Origin: an uncultured virus (IMG/VR IMGVR_UViG_3300021957_000018)
Lineage: Duplodnaviria > Heunggongvirae > Uroviricota > Caudoviricetes
Reading direction: 5' to 3' (one strand)
Virus record (IMG/VR): IMGVR_UViG_3300021957_000018
DNA: 20,000 nucleotides
Below the pieces are notes generated by a model, which saw nothing but the letters and a program-made list of their open reading frames with translations, was not told where the DNA came from and searched no databases. Both the position numbers and the translations under genes were made by a program. Positions within the stretch are counted from its first letter, which is position 1. Every line of letters begins with the position of its first letter. Positions 9,201 to 15,902 of this stretch are shown here, piece after piece.

Positions 9201-9826
9201 TTTAGTAGCTCGTTTGATAGTACATCCACGTTAATGATTGCCTCTCCTGAAGGTTTAACGCCAACCTCTACTAGTTCTTTATCGAAGGAAAAATCAACTA
9301 GATGTAATGTATCTTCTGATATATAAAAAGAAAATTCATCTGCTCCTTCTTCTCCTTTGTAATCTATATGTACATCGAAGCTATTTTCTTCTATTCTATG
9401 AGCTTTAATTCTTGCTATTTCGTCTCCTAATTTCTTAAGTGATATTATTAGAGCTTTTCCAACTGATTTTGCTATTGCTTTTGTTTCATCTATAGAGAAA
9501 TTAATTCCTTTCCCTTCAGCTTCTTTTATTTTTGCTCCTTTTGCAGTGTCAATGCCTGTAATGGCAGGATCTTTCTTTAAGTCCATTGCTGTTTTTCTGT
9601 CCATTTTGACTGCTTTAGTGTCGCCACCTTTTGTAGAAACGAACATAGTCTCGTCTCCTTCTTCTAATATTTTCATTTTTGAGAGTAGATTTTCACGTAC
9701 TATATTTAATTGCTGAATAGAGTCTTCTATATAGGTGGGTGTTAGTTTAGCTGATTCTGTTGTTTGTAATTGCTGTAGTGTTGTTTCAACAGAGGTTAAA
9801 CGTACTTTTAATTCTTCGTAAGTCAT
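6272..9826 (-). CDS. Large acidic mosaic protein, putative protease-processed internal head protein
   Basis: 1184-aa uninterrupted ORF made of compositionally distinct blocks separated by hydrophobic-x-E sites. Last module is His/Cys-rich (HDCAAKVVHETYGKG...HYDVLFE...EHWH). Preceded by the TATTTATA motif. Confidence 0.75.
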   Translation of the reverse strand: MTYEELKVRLTSVETTLQQLQTTESAKLTPTYIEDSIQQLNIVRENLLSKMKILEEGDETMFVSTKGGDTKAVKMDRKTAMDLKKDPAITGIDTAKGAKIKEAEGKGINFSIDETKAIAKSVGKALIISLKKLGDEIARIKAHRIEENSFDVHIDYKGEEGADEFSFYISEDTLHLVDFSFDKELVEVGVKPSGEAIINVDVLSNELLKHFKSLNEEYNPDQEQKDDEEDHGVGYDDEGRPLGEGEGDDHHYIKVKAHDYKKAMAILDQNVDPTYVKMEVVDNDGAGNVIIYFIFKHESGFDDMYDDSENQDSEFYQEPDEDPNAFVYDVVMDLRANDIELTDHSADMDEATDLNDPVLMKMRVAKKRNADLKKVDQMHARDRKDQRINGRKRLLIKQLKDKRAEIEREMENDPEIEPTGGPVADRYGDMLNKIDNAIEKASGRIKPLDYDTAVGKVNENEGHLVTFGYDLDRIQDVVDHLKSKYKEGQDFELHIGRGDDLPNAVTLKNPDLEGDHDLNDMLNAAQDDQDRYDAYTDYDQRRKEDDDYYEDPDYYKEGKNMNEIKAAKIQKAHSKVVNIMKDLAKKYKAGDKSVIDQLKTLSISKKKLEKELERAVAGTHHGQELDEKKINEYASRDLDEIFGALGYRQGFDEFIEDNPGAVEVLMEWISSISEFRSRLSQEYDKEELERLGFYDFDEDDFNEVIRESLNPEVSKSVDRFIKAMAKRYGYKEQDAVFAIQAALKQRKFDAVNEDVSMKIGKVVAIKKYNAAKNQKVPVDVKITDYIKKPGSKDFVEYEHKGKKRKVSIDVFKSILAENKEIIKEFTDHRFKGAELIDDANKRGPDMFGKQIFADLLPKGVASENDAVEALKAHDKSPIKQRMGQYAPMFVHVQYHNLEHEGEDYQMHQTQYYNSNFKDKDPSFNPGVSKITLFKDPDGEDTNLGTIIVKTDEYVQDLRNLPGLGKRHMEEATRQDLGMTSSVSKRRAGAELKQKLAGKRSDGMGKYDGNIYGLDNDGKRVELKSLNDLNKFKKFELDADINEAKGGQIMPGDYVKNQHGNIYQRVDGKVGRHDAYVRVTNGKPGKKKTGLHDSFKLTLVNKNELEESGPGFKHDCAAKVVHETYGKGNCIPEKHTLVKEGKKYIVTHYDVLFESGKTVKDIPVSELDIKTTNEHWHKGYKKKKK

Positions 9827-9852
9827 ATTACTAGTTTTATGTTGTATAGCTA

Positions 9853-9865
9853 TATAAATAAATAG
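9853..9865 (-). promoter_or_regulatory. Putative late-promoter-like motif (class B) upstream of 1184-aa gene
   Basis: Minus strand CTATTTATTTATA, ending 26 nt before the ATG, in the intergenic gap. Confidence 0.55.
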
Positions 9866-9866
9866 A

Positions 9867-10499
9867 TTACTCTTCCCAAATAACGTTTTTAAACTTCTCA
9901 GGCTCTAAACCAAAGAAATCCGTTCTCCATTGGGTTTGCTCAAAGAAATCTAAATTTATCCATTCATGTTTAACTTTCCAAAGGTCTATAGCTGTTTGAT
10001 CCCAATCTAAGTTAAGAATAAATTTCTCGATTTCCAACTTTTTTTCAATTACTTCTTCGTATATAAATGAATCCCACTCGTAGTGGAATACTTCAAAGCA
10101 CTTTAATTCCGAAACATAGTCTATAGATATGTCTATCCCCCATTTTGGTTTCATCTTAACAAGCTTCCAAAGCATTGGATTGTATTCTGCCATTGCTTCG
10201 AGTTGAACTTTAGCAGTTGAATCAAATCCTTTTCTTTCAAATAAGTCTGAGTGGTTTATATGAGCACCTTCTTTTTTGTCCCATAGTAACCAATCATACC
10301 TTAAACAGTCTTCGTGTCTTCTAGTTATCGGTTCATACCCATTATACGGTAAATAAGCTTGTTCTGCTTTTGTTAAGTGGTATCCATTTTGATCAAATAG
10401 GTCTACTGAGTTTTTATCTCTCAGTACGCTTACGTCTTCTATTGGGTCTGTGAAGTACGCTGTTTTATTAAGGGCGGTATTTGCTATTTTTATTGACAA
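9867..10499 (-). CDS. Hypothetical protein (Trp/aromatic-rich, globular)
   Basis: 210-aa ORF with a TTG start overlapping the end of the upstream gene. No motif recognised; start codon uncertain. Confidence 0.75.
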   Translation of the reverse strand: MSIKIANTALNKTAYFTDPIEDVSVLRDKNSVDLFDQNGYHLTKAEQAYLPYNGYEPITRRHEDCLRYDWLLWDKKEGAHINHSDLFERKGFDSTAKVQLEAMAEYNPMLWKLVKMKPKWGIDISIDYVSELKCFEVFHYEWDSFIYEEVIEKKLEIEKFILNLDWDQTAIDLWKVKHEWINLDFFEQTQWRTDFFGLEPEKFKNVIWEE

Positions 10500-10690
10500 T
10501 GGTAGTTTAAGTATCTTTGTAATGCTTTCGCATAGTGAGTGCCTTTATCTTTTAATCCTGATTTTGCTTTTCTAACTTTAGAACAGGATAATTTACCTAA
10601 ACGTTTTTTGAGTATACCAGGCTTAACCGGGTCGTGGGGACCTTCTTCTAGTACCTCTTTTATGATTTTAGTTAATTCAGACTTCTTCAT
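10490..10690 (-). CDS. Small basic hypothetical protein
   Basis: 66 aa. Leader MKKSELTKIIKEVLEE followed by a Lys-rich module with Cys/His. Overlaps both neighbours. Confidence 0.75.
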   Translation of the reverse strand: MKKSELTKIIKEVLEEGPHDPVKPGILKKRLGKLSCSKVRKAKSGLKDKGTHYAKALQRYLNYHCQ

Positions 10691-10877
10691 TTCTCTTAAC
10701 TAGTTCTTTTTTTATTACAGCTTTCTTTCTCTTATAAGATGGGTTAGTATAGTATTTTTTTAATTCTACTGTTGATGTGTTACTTACAGTATAATGTTCC
10801 CATACCCATTGGCTGGTCATTTTTCCATTCTTATCTTTTTTATACTTTTTAGAACTTGGTTTAATTTTTACAGGCAT
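10677..10877 (-). CDS. Small basic hypothetical protein (start revised to MPVKIKPSSKKY)
   Basis: ATG at 10877 follows the upstream gene's stop (10879-10881) by 1 nt and has an A-rich leader. The track's start at 10955 lies inside the upstream gene. Confidence 0.7.
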   Translation of the reverse strand: MPVKIKPSSKKYKKDKNGKMTSQWVWEHYTVSNTSTVELKKYYTNPSYKRKKAVIKKELVKRNEEV

Positions 10878-10878
10878 T

Positions 10879-11463
10879 TTATTTTTTTTTCCATATTTCA
10901 CCTCTTCTACAACGAACAACTGCCCCGGAGGCGTATGCTGATGGCCAGGTGTCATATTTTGATTTTGCTAATCTAGTACATCTATCATCTTTTTCCATGA
11001 TAGTATTTTCATTAGTAGTTTCGTGTACCATACCCACTACTAAATTTTTTAAATCTTCTTTTGTAACTCCTTCTTTAGTTTTCTCTAAAGACGTACCTGC
11101 TTTTTTAGCGTCTTTATATGCATTAGAGTTTTTATGGGAAGATTTTTTTCCTGCTTTCTTCTTAGCGTTTATATTAGCCCAAAGTCCTTCTTTCTTTACT
11201 GTTGCTTTTTTTGTATTCTTTACGACTGTTTTTCCTTTACTACCTGCTTTCTTTTTCTTTGCTGCTGTTGCGGCTCTTTGACCTTTTGTTAAGCTTTGTG
11301 CTTTTGCTTTAGGTAGACATCTATCAGGATTTTTTTTATTTTTAGAAGTTCCGCAATCGCCAGCTATATTACCAGAAGAAGAGATGCGTACCCACTTCTC
11401 TTTCTTAAACCAGTCTCTTAAAGACTCTTTTACTATGCTGTTTATATTAGATGGAACTTTCAT
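10879..11463 (-). CDS. Basic modular protein (three Lys/Arg-rich modules), possible nucleic-acid-binding virion protein
   Basis: 194 aa. Modules SLRDWFKKEKWV...CG...RCLP, GLWANINAKKKAG and DRCTRLAKSKYDTWPSAYASGAVVRCR each follow an x-x-E site (IVKE, VKKE, IME). Confidence 0.78.
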   Translation of the reverse strand: MKVPSNINSIVKESLRDWFKKEKWVRISSSGNIAGDCGTSKNKKNPDRCLPKAKAQSLTKGQRAATAAKKKKAGSKGKTVVKNTKKATVKKEGLWANINAKKKAGKKSSHKNSNAYKDAKKAGTSLEKTKEGVTKEDLKNLVVGMVHETTNENTIMEKDDRCTRLAKSKYDTWPSAYASGAVVRCRRGEIWKKK

Positions 11464-11466
11464 AGT

Positions 11467-11823
11467 TTATTTTAACTTTAAAAACTCTACAAATACTTTC
11501 ATTACTAATCCTGCTAGTATTCCAAATATTATCCAAAGTGCTTTAGAAACACTATCTTTCCATCTCTTAAGGTCTTCTACCTCAATCATCTTAGAGCTAA
11601 ATTCTTTTTCTCCTGTTTCCATTTTTCTACGGAATTGAGAATTTTGATTTGTTTTTACTATAACTCCATCTTCTGGGTTTAGTAGTGTGTACTTTAAGTC
11701 CGATACATCTTCCTTTAAAGCTTTCATGTCCGACTGCATGGATTTTAACTCTCCATTCGGCATGTGCTTTTTTATGTGAACTAATTCAGATAGTACTGAT
11801 TCTAGTAATTGTTTTTGTGTCAT
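11467..11823 (-). CDS. Coiled-coil protein with single C-terminal transmembrane helix (holin/XhlA-like topology)
   Basis: 118 aa. Heptad-like N-terminal region and hydrophobic ALWIIFGILAGLVMKVFVEFL near the C-terminus. Function is inferred from topology only. Confidence 0.6.
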   Translation of the reverse strand: MTQKQLLESVLSELVHIKKHMPNGELKSMQSDMKALKEDVSDLKYTLLNPEDGVIVKTNQNSQFRRKMETGEKEFSSKMIEVEDLKRWKDSVSKALWIIFGILAGLVMKVFVEFLKLK

Positions 11824-11858
11824 GCTATTTTAGATATATAGTGCTTTTAAGTATATCT

Positions 11859-11867
11859 AATAAATAG
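11859..11867 (-). promoter_or_regulatory. Putative late-promoter-like motif (class B) upstream of membrane protein/basic protein cluster
   Basis: Minus strand CTATTTATT, 35 nt before the ATG at 11823, in the intergenic gap. Confidence 0.5.
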
Positions 11868-11870
11868 AGG

Positions 11871-12443
11871 TTAATTTAGCTTCTTTTTCAAGTAGTCTAT
11901 ATATTCATTAACTTTTTCGGTAACTATAGCTTTTTCCTTTTGTTTACTGCTGTTCCAGTTTTCAATATCTCCCTGTTCGGTAACATAATCATTCGTTTGC
12001 TCTAAAGTATCTTTTAATTGCGCTTCGATTTCATTTATGTAGTACTTCAAGTTTCCTTTTCTAGCATGCATTAAATAATCCTCTAACATACCTTTTTCTC
12101 TAAGTTCTGCTTGCCAATCTATAACACAGTCAAAGCACATTTTATTTACCTTGTAAGCTTCTTTAGAAATATGTGATTTTATTGCTTTTCCACATTTTGG
12201 ACAAGTGAGCGGAACTTGAATTGCTTGTTTAGCAGCGTCTAGTTTAGTAATATTTTGCTTTAAACCGTTCTTTATTGTCCAGTTTTTGCCTGATTCTTCC
12301 CAGATATCTCCTTCTTTATACTTCTTATAAACTTTTTTATATCCTGATTGAAGTTTGGTCTTACCGGTATAATCTTTTTTTATGATATTACGCATTCTTT
12401 CTACATCTGAATGCTTAAATTCTTTTTTAAGATTACTACTCAT
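11871..12443 (-). CDS. Hypothetical protein with CxxC...CxxC zinc finger
   Basis: 190 aa; CPKC-x18-CFDC followed by a helical C-terminus. Confidence 0.78.
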   Translation of the reverse strand: MSSNLKKEFKHSDVERMRNIIKKDYTGKTKLQSGYKKVYKKYKEGDIWEESGKNWTIKNGLKQNITKLDAAKQAIQVPLTCPKCGKAIKSHISKEAYKVNKMCFDCVIDWQAELREKGMLEDYLMHARKGNLKYYINEIEAQLKDTLEQTNDYVTEQGDIENWNSSKQKEKAIVTEKVNEYIDYLKKKLN

Positions 12444-13026
12444 ACCCTAATTCTTTTAGTCCGTTAATTGCTTCTGTTATATCTCCACCTTTTACTCTGA
12501 ATGCTATTCCTCCTTTAGCTCTCCATTCTTCTATGTTAGATTTTTTATCATCAATAAGTATAGCGTTAGGGTTAGCGTAATTTTGTTTACTGGCTGAGTA
12601 TGCAAATATTACTTTTGGTTTTGGTGTAAGGTTATTTTTAGTCCATAGATTTTTACCTAATCTAGAAGTATTATCTCTAGATGGTGAGGTTAATAGTGAT
12701 GGATTATATTTAGATATAAAACTCCACAGTTCCTTACCTCTTGGCATCCAGTCCATACCCACCCAGAATGCTACTCCTACTGTTTGATCTATAAATTTCC
12801 AAAATTCAGACATACCGAAAATTGCTTCAAAGTCTTTCGGCTTAACTACTTTCTTTATATCTTTTAGAGGGTAGTACTTAGGTCCTACTTCATTTAACTT
12901 TTCGTGAAACCTACTTTCAAAATCTGTTAACACTCCATCCATATCACAATATATTTGATACTTAGAGGTTTTTTCTGCTACAGTTGGTGGATGTGCTTCT
13001 AATAAGTCTACTATACTTGTATTCAT
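12436..13026 (-). CDS. HAD-superfamily 5'(3')-deoxyribonucleotidase-like (NT5C-type) phosphatase
   Basis: Motif I IYCDMDGVLTDF, motif II LLTSP, motif III K, motif IV ILIDDKKSNIEEW...GG. Confidence 0.88.
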   Translation of the reverse strand: MNTSIVDLLEAHPPTVAEKTSKYQIYCDMDGVLTDFESRFHEKLNEVGPKYYPLKDIKKVVKPKDFEAIFGMSEFWKFIDQTVGVAFWVGMDWMPRGKELWSFISKYNPSLLTSPSRDNTSRLGKNLWTKNNLTPKPKVIFAYSASKQNYANPNAILIDDKKSNIEEWRAKGGIAFRVKGGDITEAINGLKELGYE

Positions 13027-13056
13027 AACCTTTTTTTAGTTTATACTATTATACCT

Positions 13057-13088
13057 TAATATACGAAATATTATGTTCCGAAACAACT
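13057..13088 (-). promoter_or_regulatory. Putative host-sigma-type promoter (class A) upstream of HAD nucleotidase
   Basis: Minus strand AGTTG-tttcggaacataata-TTTCGTATATTA in one of the few intergenic gaps. Same spacing as the copy at 17631-17662. Confidence 0.7.
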
Positions 13089-13094
13089 TTTTTG

Positions 13095-14369
13095 TTAGTT
13101 ATTTTTTAAACCGTCTTCCCAATTCCTAAATGTTATATTACCTAAAAGGTATGCTTCCTTTTCTAACTCTAATAAATCACTATCTTCGTTTGTATTTTGA
13201 GTCTGTATATTATGGAGAGTTCCTTTTAGATTTTGCATATGATGTACCATTTCATGTGAGTAGGACCTTACTATGTCTTTATCATGTCTACCGGATATAT
13301 AAAGTACTATCTCTTTATTATTCGGGTCATAATATGCTGTTCTTCCAAAAAAGTTTGAGGCATTTGCTTGATCTTTTTTAATAGTTACATCTGGTAGAGG
13401 AGTTATCTCCATCCCCTGGTCTATCATGTATTCGGTTAGTGAAGCTATAAAGTCTTTTAATTCTAGTTTATTTTTTTTATTTTCGGCGATTTGTTTAAAT
13501 CCAACTCTTAAGTGATCTCCTTTATATTCTATCTCTGTATTGTTTGGTACTAATCTGGTTAAGTAGTTGTAAAGTGTGTTGATGTCTGTTTTTGTATTAC
13601 TTTCTTTTAACGTGCTATTATTATGTCCACATTTATGGCATATAAATAAGTCATCCCCTCCATCTTTTATATCCCAACTCCATCCACATTTATCGCATAT
13701 AATCTTCTTATCTTTTATCTCTTCTGTAACAAAGTAGTTAGTCAAAAAACCTTCAATATTATTAGCTAATATTTCCGATACTATTTTGTCTTTTAAGTCT
13801 GTCAGTATACCTAGCACTTCTTCTCTAGAAAGGTCTTCTGGAAAGAAATCTAAAACCTTATCTAAATTTCCAGACAATATTGTATTTCTAAAGTCTGTTG
13901 CTCTAATGCCTGAACCTGGTGCTGCTGCTAGAGCTAATCCACTTACATTTGGAGCGTTTTTAAATGTAGTTATTCTTCTTAAGTCTACAAAATCTTTATC
14001 TCCTCTAATACCTGTTACAGATACAAATTCTTGTTTAGGGTTTGCTTGTGCATAGTCTTTAGCTGCAAACATTGGATTTGATTCTCCATCACGTATTTCA
14101 ACATTCCCTAAGTATTTTGAATATACCTTCCATATTGACATGGACTCTTCTTTAGTTATCCCGTTTCTTTCTCCTGCTCCTACAAAGACTATTACCTTAT
14201 CAATTTTAGGTTTGCTATTACTTGTTCCTTTAAGTAAGTTTGCACCTGTCTCTTTGTAATTATCCTTGTCATATATCGAACCGTTATATGAACCGTCTAG
14301 TAAAGATTTTACTACATTAAAATGTCCTCTATGAGGTGGTTTATATGCTCCTGGGTATAGTGCTATCAT
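13095..14369 (-). CDS. Fusion: HxGH (cytidylyltransferase/NMNAT-like) nucleotidyltransferase + zinc ribbon + HExxH metallopeptidase-like domain
   Basis: N-terminal ALYPGAYKPPHRGH and a SGIRATDFR end motif. Central CDKC-x13-CHKC. C-terminal RSYSHEMVHHMQ...ELEKEAY. Confidence 0.82.
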   Translation of the reverse strand: MIALYPGAYKPPHRGHFNVVKSLLDGSYNGSIYDKDNYKETGANLLKGTSNSKPKIDKVIVFVGAGERNGITKEESMSIWKVYSKYLGNVEIRDGESNPMFAAKDYAQANPKQEFVSVTGIRGDKDFVDLRRITTFKNAPNVSGLALAAAPGSGIRATDFRNTILSGNLDKVLDFFPEDLSREEVLGILTDLKDKIVSEILANNIEGFLTNYFVTEEIKDKKIICDKCGWSWDIKDGGDDLFICHKCGHNNSTLKESNTKTDINTLYNYLTRLVPNNTEIEYKGDHLRVGFKQIAENKKNKLELKDFIASLTEYMIDQGMEITPLPDVTIKKDQANASNFFGRTAYYDPNNKEIVLYISGRHDKDIVRSYSHEMVHHMQNLKGTLHNIQTQNTNEDSDLLELEKEAYLLGNITFRNWEDGLKNN

Positions 14370-15307
14370 GCTAAAAATGCTTGTACTTTAGAATCTATTT
14401 CTGATACTGAGGAGTGTTTCAGCTTTTCTTGAAATGTTGGATTGTATATCATATCTACGATATTATCTAATACTTCATCTGCCTTTTGTTTCCTTTTCTC
14501 ACTACTATCTCTGTATTTCTTAACTGCATCTCTAAGTTTATCTTGTCCTGGACCAACTCCATTCTTTCTGAAGGATTTTAAGAATGCACTTTTGATTGCT
14601 TTATCTTCTGATCTATTGTCTTTATTCCAATCTATACTTCCAACATCTTTTATAAACTGCTGCTCTTCCTCAGGTGTCATTTCTACTGGTACAAAGAATG
14701 AAGATCCTCCAACGTTATTATCTTCGTTAAATTTTTGTAAGTAATCTTTTACTCCACTTAAGCCGTTTTTAGCAGCTTTGTCAAATCCTTCAACTTCTTT
14801 TTTGTACTTTCCTCCTCTATCACTAACGAATATAGATAAATTACCTTTTAATTGTCCATTAAAATCTTCTATTTTAGCATACACATTTCTCCAGGTTGCA
14901 AAAACAGAGTCTCCAGGTATGTTTCTTTCTCTAGCCATAAAATTAGATACGTATGAGATCATAGGATGAGCATATACCATAACCATGTAGACTTCATACC
15001 CTAAAGCAAGTAGTTTATCTAAGTTTTTTTGGAAACCTGCACCAGAGGCAGTAGTATCCCAGACAAAGCTAGTTTTTTCTTCTGCTGCTGCCATTGCGTC
15101 CTTTGACGTTTGATTGGCTGCTGGTCCTAGTTTGTTGTAGTACGGGTGGTCTTTGTCCTCCACGTACTTGTCTGGGTTGAATTGTTCTAGGCTGTCTAGT
15201 CCTAACTGGTTGAGTAGGTATGTTTTCCCTGACCCTGCTCCTCCTGCCATTATTACTGCTTTCGGGGCGGCTGTATCTTCTAGGATTATTGTTGATAGTT
15301 TTATCAT
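14366..15307 (-). CDS. P-loop kinase (zeta-toxin/AAA_33-like)
   Basis: KAVIMAGGAGSGKT Walker A, FNPDKY, SFVWDTT Walker B-like, N-x-x-R-x-R lid. Its stop overlaps the next start (ATGA). Confidence 0.85.
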   Translation of the reverse strand: MIKLSTIILEDTAAPKAVIMAGGAGSGKTYLLNQLGLDSLEQFNPDKYVEDKDHPYYNKLGPAANQTSKDAMAAAEEKTSFVWDTTASGAGFQKNLDKLLALGYEVYMVMVYAHPMISYVSNFMARERNIPGDSVFATWRNVYAKIEDFNGQLKGNLSIFVSDRGGKYKKEVEGFDKAAKNGLSGVKDYLQKFNEDNNVGGSSFFVPVEMTPEEEQQFIKDVGSIDWNKDNRSEDKAIKSAFLKSFRKNGVGPGQDKLRDAVKKYRDSSEKRKQKADEVLDNIVDMIYNPTFQEKLKHSSVSEIDSKVQAFLA

Positions 15308-15899
15308 TTCTACTGTTATTTATTCTTCGCTTCTTTACTTTTACTGTTTGTGTTGTTGCTGTTCTTTGGTTAACTCTTCTATTTGGAGTATTTATGTTAG
15401 AATTCCTACGTCCATTAATATACGCTGTGCTACCTCTTCTATTATAATTAGGATAATAGTCCCAATTGTTCCACCCATAGTAGTTATTCCACCCGTAGTT
15501 ATTATATCCCCATCTATCATATCCAAATGGTGACCATCTATGAGGAGACCTCCAAGAATTCCAACCTGTATAACCCCAAGCCCAGTCGTTCCACATTTGT
15601 GTTCTATTCCAATATGGACTGTATCCAAATCCATAGTATGGGTTATACCTATTATATCTGTTACCTAATATTCGGTTATTCCAATCAAATGATCTAGGTT
15701 GACTAAGAGCATATTGAGCGAAATCTAATCTAAAGTTAAAATCTGTTCTGAGTAGACGTTGAAGTTCGAATTCATTACTTATTACTACTATTTCTGCATC
15801 TGATCCTTCTATGCTGTATATAGGATCGTGGTTTAAAGTGCTCACTTGAAAAGTTGCACATCCTGTTAATGTTAGTAGTAAAAATAATAATTTCTTCAT
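15069..15899 (-). CDS. Putative lipoprotein with W/Y/G/N-rich middle and Arg-rich disordered tail
   Basis: Signal peptide II MKKLLFLLLTLTG-C (lipobox LTGC). The last ~79 codons overlap the P-loop kinase gene in another frame. Confidence 0.8.
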   Translation of the reverse strand: MKKLLFLLLTLTGCATFQVSTLNHDPIYSIEGSDAEIVVISNEFELQRLLRTDFNFRLDFAQYALSQPRSFDWNNRILGNRYNRYNPYYGFGYSPYWNRTQMWNDWAWGYTGWNSWRSPHRWSPFGYDRWGYNNYGWNNYYGWNNWDYYPNYNRRGSTAYINGRRNSNINTPNRRVNQRTATTQTVKVKKRRINNSRNDKTINNNPRRYSRPESSNNGRRSRVRENIPTQPVRTRQPRTIQPRQVRGGQRPPVLQQTRTSSQSNVKGRNGSSRRKN

Positions 15900-15902
15900 A
15901 CA

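Noticed and set aside
10878..10955. Track's longer start for the 10677 ORF (MTPGHQH...)
   Set aside because: It overlaps the upstream gene's last module. The ATG at 10877 right after the upstream stop is more plausible.
14366..15307. Zeta/epsilon toxin-antitoxin pair
   Set aside because: The fold is zeta-like, but there is no small antitoxin-like gene upstream; the upstream gene is a lipoprotein.
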